Origin: Trichoplax sp. H2
Taxonomy: Eukaryota
Direction: 5' to 3'
NCBI GenBank assembly: GCA_003344405.1
Contig: NOWV01000189.1
Span: forward strand, 1 to 64,000
DNA length: 64,000 bases
Shown here one piece after another: positions 44,401 through 58,499 of the stretch (within the stretch, counting starts at the first letter, position 1; every line of letters starts with the position of its first letter). The notes under the pieces were generated by a model. It was not told the origin of the DNA and did no database searches. It saw only the letters and a program-made list of their open reading frames with translations. A program made the translations under genes and the position numbers.

Positions 44401-47400
44401 TCATATATTTTTTATGCTTTACTTAATATAACTCTTCATTTTGTTGTATGGTAAGTATTTTAAGCTTATCTTTTTTATTAAGAATTATATACGATCGCAT
44501 TAAGATTGCATTAGATAACTCAATCGTAGGAATGAAAATTATTGGTTTGAATTTTTTATAAATGTTTCAATAGTCTTAAATTAGGACTGATGTAATCTTT
44601 ATTAGCACAAATAAATGTAAACCATTTCCGGCTAACAATTTTACATTAATTTCTAATTTGTATGGGCGATTAATAGCCTATCTAATCTTATTACTTTTAG
44701 CGTAAAATTGAGCCTTTAGGTATAGTAAACTTAGTTAGATGATCACAAAACCAGTAACGTGACCTTTTTGCTTATTATTGATTATTATAATCACGGAAGG
44801 TGATGCAAAAGTCTTTTGGAAAATTATAGGACTGAGATACCATAGTTTATGAATATAATTGCAGATTTCATGCTCTATGTATTCTTTATAGTTAATGCAT
44901 AGAAATTTGAAATAATTTATACTAGATATTAGATCGTATCATGCAATTGTCTTTGCATAGTTATGGTTAACTTACATTAGGTACATTGCTTACGGTATAC
45001 GAATACAGTATTATTGTATATATGAACGTATATACTGTTCCTTAACCTCAGTTGAAACTTGCAATAAAAATAAGTACCTTTAGAATAAGAATCACATAAT
45101 ATTTAGGGCAGAGCACTTCAGTTTTAAAATAACAGACCTTAATAACATAATAGATGGAAATGTTTGTGTTAATTCGTATCAAGAAACTGCTTACAATAAA
45201 TTAATCAGAATCATCAGCTACATATTACTAGGCTAATTTGATGAACTGGCAGTTTATAATATATTGTAGAGTAAGATAAAAGATCTCTTCTCTACCTTAC
45301 ACAAAAAATATTATGCATTCATTGATTAAAGTTGTATCAGTTATCTTCAACAAATATTAAAAAAAATGTTTTTTTTAGACATTTGAAATAATTAAGATTT
45401 ATTTTTATTTCTTTTTTATATCGACATCTCGTCTTTGCTTTCCTTTGGCAATTTACATTGAATTTACAGAAGCAAGTAAGTTGCCTATTTAGTATAGATA
45501 AATAATAAAGTGTTTAAGCTAGCTGTTCTTATGATCGCGGTATTTCAGCAAGTATCTATGATCATATACTCGCTAAATTTACCTGAAGGAGAGCGAATAG
45601 CAGATTACTGATATAGATAATCATCTACACGCTAATGTGAAGTACAGCATCTATGACGTATTTGTTCAATTTATACTTTAGTCTCTACGAGAAATTTTAG
45701 AGCAATTGACTAAGTGTTTTAGCTTGATAGCGATGTTATATCGATAATGTCTTGGACTGTTTGGGAATACTGAACAATCATATATTGCTAGAGCATTGAA
45801 ATTAATAAAGAATAGGACTAGGCTAGGATTAAATTCTGGAATAACAAAACAAATAATTTTTTAATTTTACTTCACTTTTATAATTAATTTTTATGTACGA
45901 TTCCGAAATTGGGCAATAAAGCGCGTAAGTACAATATTTTATTTACTTTATTTATTTAAATTCTAATAGTACCTTATTTACTTATAATTGGATATTTGAT
46001 ATATCTTATTTCTGATATCAGTTACTATTGATAAAGATTTCGAACTTTATTTTAAATTGCCACGATATTAATGCTTTTATCAACTCTAGCGAAATTAATT
46101 GTTTGCATAAAGATTACATTAAACAAATTTGACGACGAGAAAATATGAATTTAGTTTCTACTGCCACACATTATACAATTTTATCGCTAAGCTACTAGTG
46201 CTGTAGTTCGTATGCTTAAGCTACGATAATACTTCACAAATTAGAGCGATATGCGAATAAATTTAATTTTATGCCTACTATTCAATCTTATGTATGCCAT
46301 ATATAATTGTCCTTCATGCAAAATTGATGATTTTCTAAAAACGAATTGGTCTATCATAAAGTGGGTAAGTATTACTTCATAGATTGTTTACCTTTCCTGT
46401 CATAAGCGAGATTTTCGTGCAGAATAAATTTTATTTCAGGACTCTGTACCCTACATGTTTAATAATGTATTCATCCATGATCACGTTCAGTATTAAATAG
46501 AATCGTAAGCAAGTTGAATTCGTGATAAAATAAGTTGTCATCACACTTTAATCATCTCTTAATAATAGAAGATATTTTACGAACTGTTTTGTAAATTGGG
46601 TGAAGGTTTCAGAAACTTAGCACATTTGCGACACTGAACAATGCCAGACTAAACTACAACGGTCACAGATTATTTCATTTTAGTCATTATAAAAACAGCA
46701 ATGTAATGAAACTGCGATAATAGTACAAAGTGCTATACTATAACTTTTAGTATATCCGTAAAGTAAAAATTTCGCAAGTGGGTCTGTTTACCTAATTATT
46801 AGATAATACGGTTTAGTACTAAGTCCGTTTACGTAATCTGATCATTAATAGTGATTTAGGCTACTCGCATTCATTTTCAATAATTAATTATATACAATTA
46901 TTAATATCTTCCAATCATATTCTATGCATTTGAGACAGCATAAATTAAATTTATTACTATGCATAACCTGCGCTATATTCTACATGGTCAAGAACGACTA
47001 TCTATTAAAGTAACATACCTTTGTCAAAATTCAGATATTTTACGAAACTTAAAATAGTAAGATACTGATGTGATTATGTATAACTATCAACTAATAGAAT
47101 TGTCTTACTTTTTAATATTGCACTTCTATGTCATAAACTGTATGACCATCAACGTCTCAGAGTGTAAGTTAAATACTATCAAGCTGAAGTACATTTTACA
47201 ACTAATTATTTATTGTTTGCTTTATATTATTCAGTATTAATATTCTATAATACGAAATTAATATAGCGTTCTTTTACCATTTGAACGTTCTGTACTTCAT
47301 TGCCTATTTCAAATATTTTGCAACCATTCGTATACTACAATTAATCTAGTTTCTCGTAGATATTTTTTGTAGAGTATCATTTTTATCTTTATTTTATTAA

Positions 47401-47609
47401 TAATAACTTTCGTATTTTTAATTATGGAATATTTATACTATGCCCACTCGGAATGTTAGATGGTAAGAATTGATAGAATAAAGGATTTAAAGTTTAGTAC
47501 TTATCAAAAGTACTATATTTCAATTACATTTACGATCCCTCTTTCTCAATACTAAAAGAAATAGCTACATTTCTGATGCCTTTCTCTAATGTCTTTCAGT
47601 ATCAATTAA
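38437..47609 (+). CDS. Microexon-encoded secreted cystine-knot (knottin/toxin-like) peptide precursor, 85 aa, 22 exons
   Basis: Exons: 38437-38507 (71), 38640-38651 (12), 38778-38795 (18), 38952-38963 (12), 39141-39146 (6), 39258-39287 (30), 39367-39372 (6), 39450-39476 (27), 40012-40026 (15), 40388-40390 (3), 40585-40590 (6), 41320-41325 (6), 41972-41974 (3), 42325-42327 (3), 42893-42895 (3), 44355-44363 (9), 45470-45475 (6), 45922-45924 (3), 46362-46364 (3), 47161-47163 (3), 47460-47462 (3), 47600-47609. All introns are GT-AG and phase 2. Spliced product: MSKVIPSVLLIACVLLAFFHSIEMNPRSLNENEIRELYEEFSDKRRRPTKTCYDGPYCLVKSSRNCCFGTCYSITSASNAGVCIN*. Confidence 0.82.
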
Positions 47610-48769
47610 ATACTGCAGCATTAACAGAATTCAGCTGGTCATGCCTGCGATAGTATAGAATTAGAAGATCAGGAATTGGTATGGTAATCGTTACAAGAAG
47701 AAGAGAAGACTTAATTTAATCTGAAATACATCATGTATTGCAGTTGATTTTCTTGTAACTTTTAACAAAATTTAGTGGTAGATTCTACCTAGCATAATTA
47801 TAATCTAAGGATAATTTACAACATCTTATAGTGTAGGTTACATTGCGCACGTATTGCTCATAACCAGTAAAACCAATGCTCGTTCTATTTTCGTGTACTG
47901 CAAGTACACGTACCTATTACTTGGACAACTAACGAGGTTTTGGTTTACTGCTCGTAAATTTGCTTCAATATTGCTGGATTCTTGACATTAATATCCTAAA
48001 TTCCTAATCCATGACCAAGATATAATAAAAAGGCCTTTGAAATAAAATTTTTCTACTTATGAGCTACTATAGCTTAATTTTTGCAGCATGAATTGTTACA
48101 AAGGGACATGGCATGGCTTTGGATCAGTGTCTTATAATTCATAGTAGTAAAACGCTAACAATGTAGTTGCCATAGACATTACCGAAAATACAATTTATTG
48201 CCTTGATGGCGAGCAGTTGAATACCTATCTGTGCACAGTTCTCGGAGTATAAATAAATTAAAAGGAATCCTGTCACCTACAGAATCTATAGACGGGTCTG
48301 TATCATTGTGTATTCCAGCGACTACGACAAGAAATATTTCTAGTTGATCCTTAAATCGAAGTATAAAACTAAATTAAATCAATTGCAAGAGCGCTAACTA
48401 CGAGGTAATTTACAATTTAAAGCAGGAATCGGTACAGTCTCATAGACTATTCGAGTAGTTGCACATTTTTACAGTGAATGATGTCAGGAACTTCTTTTAT
48501 GGTGTAAAATTTCCTTTATTTTTACCAATTTTTTTTATGGAATAATCCCTGTTTAAAGCCTACCGGGAAAACTCCCGGCGGCGGATTGTAACCAATTATT
48601 AGAATGTTTGCAGAATCTACAGGATGCTTTCCTAATACTTGAAAATCCTAACTATCGAGGTTCTTCTAGACAGTCCTAACATAGCTGGACGTACATTACT
48701 GTCCCATGGACTCCGTACAGTCATGCTTATGCTGTATTCTAGATCACAGCCACTCATGGTAGAGTTAAG

Positions 48770-49382
48770 ACGACAGAGCATGATAAAATCAGAGCCTTCT
48801 CAAATCGATCCAAAAACATATCAATTGAGGATTCATCATTCCATTTGAACATTTTAATCGAAGGTTTAGGACCAGCCAGTCTCGAATCGTTGAGCTGGAG
48901 TTGTTGCAGCATTCGACTCTTCCACCGTGATGTATTGTGAAGTATTTCTTAAATATTAAACAAATATTAAAGAAAATGTACTGTACAGTAAGGCTAACTA
49001 GAGTATCCTGTTTATGACGCTAAATTGTTGTGTATTACTGTCTAGAGTTAAATACTAACAACTGTATTAAAAGTTCGTACTACTCTCACTTAGCATAGAG
49101 ACAAGAAATTGAACACTTAGTTGAAGTTATTGTAAAACTAACTACCAACTCTTACTCTCGTTATTGTATCGGAAACGGCGGCTTATATACGTGCACCGTT
49201 CACATTTCTAACGCAATGTAATTGCAAGTTTATGCAACAGGAAATTCATTATTAAACGTACAATCGAATAAATATAGCGTAGCGTAGTATATAGTAGTAC
49301 TGATTTCTATACTGTATGCTTGACTAATGACTTTGACTTTATGTCTTAAGTTTACGGTATGTCTAACGGTGTAGGTTTAACA
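48770..49382 (-). mobile_element. 5' remnant of an LTR retrotransposon (LTR, degenerate tRNA-Ser PBS, gag-like fragment)
   Basis: LTR-like 49026-49382 (TGTT..AACA, minus-strand TATA). 49005-49022 ATCCTGTTTATGACGCTA resembles the tRNA-Ser(CGA) 3' end ATCCTGTTCGTGACGCCA. Downstream minus-strand peptide PKPSIKMFKWNDESSIDMFLDRFEKAL resembles a Ty3/Gypsy Gag N-terminal motif. Confidence 0.55.
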
Positions 49383-50137
49383 GGACTATATAATATTCAA
49401 TAATAGTCATTCAGTCCATTTAAGATTACTACATGTGTTTGCGTCCATTCAATATTACCTACATTAAGTATATTACTGTGATAATTCATTCATTATAGTG
49501 TCATCAATGATCTAATTTTGTCGAGTAATGAATGCATCCTATGTTAACACCTAACCACGAATGAACTATTATTCGATGTCATGGAAAGTGTGCAAGTGAT
49601 TCTTGCAATATTCAGCATGTAGACTTAGCAATAAATTTATTATTGTTTTGCACCAACAAAGTTGGCGAGGCTATATAAAAGCCTCTAAATTCTTAATTGG
49701 GGGAAGTGGATAAGTTAGATGATAATTATAATAGATGGTTATCAGGTATTTGTAGTAGATTGGAAGTTGTCAGTTCAATGGGTTATTTTAATAAAGCTTT
49801 AATTCTTAGTGTGAGTGTTCATTCTCTTATCTAAGGCTCCAATCTAAGTTGGGTAGATTAAAGAGAGCTTAGACTTAGATAGTTACGACTAGTTTCCAGG
49901 AAAGAATCCCGTTCATTTTTGCGTTGCATTCTCGGCTGTTTTAATGGCTGACTTGCCGTTGAACTACGCCTTCAATTTCTTGTTTCGATAGTAACAGACG
50001 CTTATGAGACTACTGTCCTGTACACAGTACCGTACTGTATATCAATGTAAAGTACGATACTACACCCTAGTGTACCACACCATGAATCAGAACGTCGGAT
50101 CCTCATCGCGGTAACTCTATCGTTTAATCGTCAAAAG

Positions 50138-53584
<3,447 letters not shown>

Positions 53585-55295
53585 TCTTCTATATTAGCGT
53601 AAATCATACCATCATTATAATGTAGATTCTGCTTCATTACCGCGTTATCTGAATTAAAAATTTACTCTTGATAATTTCAATTGTGTAGCAGATGAGATGA
53701 TAGTGAAATTTCGTTTTTATGAATTGTTTTGCATAAGCGTACTCTACAAACGTATATGCTGAACTTAAAATATGATATAGATTCTGTATTTATTGCAGTG
53801 TTGTCCAAATTTAAAGACTTATTCTACACAATTTATATCGTGCTGATTGACTTGATGATAGAAGTTGGCATAGAAGTTGCCAACTTCTATCGTCGTAAAA
53901 TTGCTAATGTGCCATATAAGAGTGCTAAGTCAAGCAATTGTCGCAAGAATGCAATACAATTGCAATATATTCTATTTACGTAAAGTGAAGAAACCTTTCC
54001 GGTTTGGTACTGACTACAGCCATAGGTCAGGTAGACATTACCTTCATATTTACAATTACATAACATTTTTATTTCTTATTTTGTCAGAATGAACTAGTCA
54101 AGTGTTTAGTATAACTTATAAATCTAGCTAACCTTAAACAATATTTGAATAGCATCACTGGTGCCAATAATATTGATTGAAATATTTTGTAAAGCATAGC
54201 AAATAAATTCTATATCCTCGCACTTGATCAAGTTATCCTTTCCTTTCAGTTGTGTAATTATTAAAAGCATAGTTAGCCAATTGAATTCAATCACTTCAAT
54301 TGACCCGTCGATCAGTCTATAACTTATGCTGATGCAACCTAAATTTTGAACCATAATCTGATTACAAATAGTATTATTACATATAAAATCATCGTTTCCT
54401 GCTGAATTAACTAGTTAATTGATTAAATAAATTGATCAATTGTTGAAAAAGTGATTGCTACAATAATTTTTTAAGATCAATATTTATATCAAAAAGACAA
54501 AGTAAAAACAGAAGGAAAAGATCAGCGATTGAATCCTGTTATATAAAATTTTTAATACTGCTGCGAAAGTTTTTAAAATGAATGTATATTACTTTTAGTG
54601 CAATTTAGGAATAGGATTTTATAGACAATACCACTAGCTTGATATATAATCGATGCTAGTTAATTCTAATCGTAATCAATCCTTAATATTCATAGATATC
54701 AAAATTCAGATGACATAGCGACTCTAAATTAAAATTAAATGTATTATAAATATCTAGCTTGATTTACGCTGATGATTGCTTCAAGAAGAAACCCTATCCA
54801 TGAGCTACAAGCTTATTTGGCTTGAAAGTGTGTATTTGTTGAATCCGAAGTCCGATGATGTTCATCCTGGCTCAATAGCTACCACCGAATAACTTTCAAT
54901 ATAGCGTATATAGTAGTAAACTGGATGAAATGATATTCAGTAGGTTTATGTCTATTTGCTCGAGAATGAGGAGGCACTATTTATATAACATTTCCTGATT
55001 ACAGGTATTAAGGTTTCGTGCCCGTAACTGGTTATTCATATTTTACAAACGTCGCATTGGCGTAGGATTAAAGTATCATTAATCTATACCCTAGCTAGTC
55101 ATATTTTCTAAAACAATAGGCAATATTAAAATGTTTGTGATTGCCTAAGGAAATCCATTTGTGCAAATACTGTTTCATTATAGAAGTAAGAGATTGCATT
55201 ATAAAGCATTTTAGGGAGGAGATATCGACGGAATACACTACAATTTCGTAGTGATAAAATTAAAATAGATAGAGCTAGTCAATTTTCTTCTGCTA

Positions 55296-58200
55296 CTATT
55301 TACCATTAAGATAGAAATGAACACTATCCAATGCTTCATTTAGCGCCCTCATCCATTTTCGCTTTTCGCTAGCTGAATCAGCTCTTAAATAATAATTACG
55401 ACCAGGTGTTTTGAATACAAAGCAAAATCCATCACCACGCTGATGAGATGCAATGTCATCTTCTTGGACTTTATAACCTCTATCCTGTAGTCCAATATCG
55501 ATCTCACCTAGTGGATAAGGCTCCTAAGTAGGGAGAAAGGAAACAGAATAAAGCCATTTAGTTCGAGTCTCGAAGCATTGTCGCAGTTTTTGCATCTAAA
55601 ATAATTTTGATGGGTAAGTAGCTAAACTCACCAATAATTTAGACTTAATTGTGAACTATAATTAGCCCTGACAAGTTTTGTAGTTGGATTATTAATCATT
55701 TTAATAACATTTATGCATATGTGCCAGCCATAAAATAGAACTAATTCGGTCAGCACAATCTTTATTCTTATAACTGCATATTTTACATATAGTATCCACT
55801 TAGATCAAGCCTACAGATTAGTTCAATCTTGACTGTTATATCGCCTTTGAGTATTAGATATATAGTTTATACTACGAGATAGCTTAGTTGCAAATATTTC
55901 TAATTTCTTGGCTTATAGAATGGTTATATCATGTTACAATCAGCTTAGGAAATTGTGCTGACGTAGAAACATATATGAGCCGAAACTTACCAACGGGCCT
56001 TTAAAATACATTAATTTTCTGTCATATAACGAGAACCAGCGTCTGCGGAACGCTCCATTTTCCTTTTGATAGTAGCGAAGAAAAATGATTATTCACAGCT
56101 CAATATTTACGTTATAGATAGATTTTTTGAATAGAATATTTTGCTGCGATAAATTTAGGATCTAATAGTTCATTCTATTGCTGGGCAGTAAAAGTATATA
56201 GTACAAGGAATATTTTATCAAGAAAATAAAGAAAAAATATATCCTTAAAGAAAATAATAGAAGTGGTCTGAACATGATGACAATCTAATATATTAGGCTA
56301 CCTTTGGTTATAAATTACCGTAATCGTTAACTGGGATAACATTTTTTAGTTAAGATGCATAATATAAAAACCGATAATAATTACCTTTGGACCCGTCTTT
56401 TCTAAGTAGCCTTCATGTAGAAATTCAATGGATAACATACGTGATATCTAGAAAATTGAACAAGATCCATGAAATGAGGAAAGATTACAATTTATTTATC
56501 ATCGACATAACCAAGTAGAATTCAAGATTGTTGGCGAATAATTTTGACTTTAGTAAAGCTTAAATAGCATCTATATCTACATTCGTAAAGCCACATCATT
56601 AAACTTACTCTTTCTTCCTCTTGCTCTGGAATCGATTTATAAAGACAGCCAAGAACAGCAGCCTTGGCTGTTCGTATAGCGCATAACCAATCAATTACTT
56701 CCTACATTGTAAAATCAGTCTATCATCAATTATTTACAACAGTTTCCAGTTCAATTCTTGAAAAAACGGTGATAAAGCAGTAGTAACTGATCGATAAAAC
56801 TCATAGCATAGAGAAATCAATATTAAGGTCTCCTATAGCTTTATTATAACTTAACTAGAGATCGCTGGGCTTATTTACCTTGCCCGACTCGGAATACATG
56901 TAAAAATTTCTTGTTTTTCCGTCACTCTCTTTATATAAAAGCTGAAGACCATATGGTTTACCAAGTTTTTGTTTGCCAACCAAGGTTGCATTAATACATT
57001 CAACACTCATTTCACTTTTAGGTTCAATGTCCTGCAATTAGAAATTGCAGTCTTATAAGTATGAGACGGTAGAATAGGGTCGCATTTAAATTGGAAATAA
57101 AGATAGAAGTTGTCTACTTTTTCATTAATGAAATAGGATAAAGTTGTAGCATCATCGGATAATACGAAAAGGCGCCGGTTCCATTCATTCTTAATTTTTC
57201 CCTTTTTCCATAGGAAACCTCTTTTCGCAGCTAAGTAATAGAAAACGCAAGTTATATCTTTATTGCCGCATCGATCGATCAATACTAGCGAGTTTATCTA
57301 CTCTCATCCATACTTCATAATGAAAAATTTAACGATAGCAAAGATAATAAGCGTTTAGTATATTAAAACAGTAATTTCAGACTTACAAATATTCTGATGA
57401 CGAAATCTATTTAAAATGGCTATCCTAGAAATTAAGTTGTTAATACTAACTTGATAATGGAATAGTACTTTTTTCACCAGTAAAGAGACGATTTTCATAT
57501 TTAGCTTTAATCCAATGTTCTCTTAGCATCCTATTAGTAACCAGAGAGATAGTGCCATAGTTAGCAGTAATAAGATAAATATTCGGTAAGATAGATATAT
57601 ATTTATAAGAGATTAATCAGAGCCTTACTCAACGTTCCTAGCGGAGATCCTAGGAAAAAATATAGGAACACGTTTCTCCCACATTTTATTAGCTGATTTA
57701 TTATCGTTATCAGCCATAATCTAAAATGTGAGAAAGATGAAATAAGATAGTTGCTTCTAATTGCAAAAAAGGCAATTAGCTGACAGACTTACTTGTATAG
57801 CAGTATCAGTCCAATCATCCAGGAAAACTGATTTAACTTTGGAGATATGGACACCAAGACTTCGATGAACAGTAACGCAATCAGTGCAAATAAATACGCC
57901 AAGATTGAAGGAAGCCCATTCTAGTGATTCTAGATATCGAAAGTAAAATAGAAACTCGTCAGAGTCTAGAGAAATTTTCCATTTCACTTAGGGATGTAAG
58001 AGGACATGGAATATACTAAATTTCAGTAATCCTAGTAATTAAGCTTATCGCATTAACTGTAAAGCAAAAATGTTTGAATTATAAATTTAGTTAATATACC
58101 ACTTAAAGTATACTTTAGCTGTAGAATTTAATTTTAAAAGATTTTCTATATCCGACTTAATTTAAATTAGATTGCATCTGGCATAGCTAAAATATTGCTA

Positions 58201-58499
58201 TAAAAACGAATCAATGTTAGCCTTAACGGAACTTTACATCATTTCTAACGTTTTATACGTAATAACTGGAAATAATTTTTTGGAATATGGTTTATACTAT
58301 TAAGACAAAAAATTCTCCTTAAAATCATAGCTATTTGCATAAGATAACCATACTATTGAGACGAAGAAAACACCAAGATACAGACATGCTATGAAATACA
58401 TTTGCCAAACTTACTTTTGCCTTTACAATCCGCACAAATACTATTTTCTGGACGTTGCAATAATTTCTTTAATTCTTCTTTATGTCTTGTAGAGGACAT
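55296..58499 (-). CDS. ADAP1: ArfGAP with dual PH domains (centaurin-alpha), 10 coding exons
   Basis: Exons 58499-58415 (NSICADC), 57929-57793 ([27 protein letters not shown]), 57720-57629, 57530-57451 (EHWIKAKYE), 57230-57118 (KRGFLWKKG), 57031-56879, 56701-56609, 56447-56385 ([10 protein letters not shown]), 56062-55991 (FRRRWF), 55523-55296. The 3' end could instead splice onward at the GTAAAT near 55303. Probably co-orthologous to ADAP1/ADAP2. Confidence 0.93.

Noticed and set aside
1425-47609. Ligand-receptor link between the LGR and the knottin-like peptide
   Set aside because: Only proximity and a shared intron phase support it, and TMEM104 lies between them.
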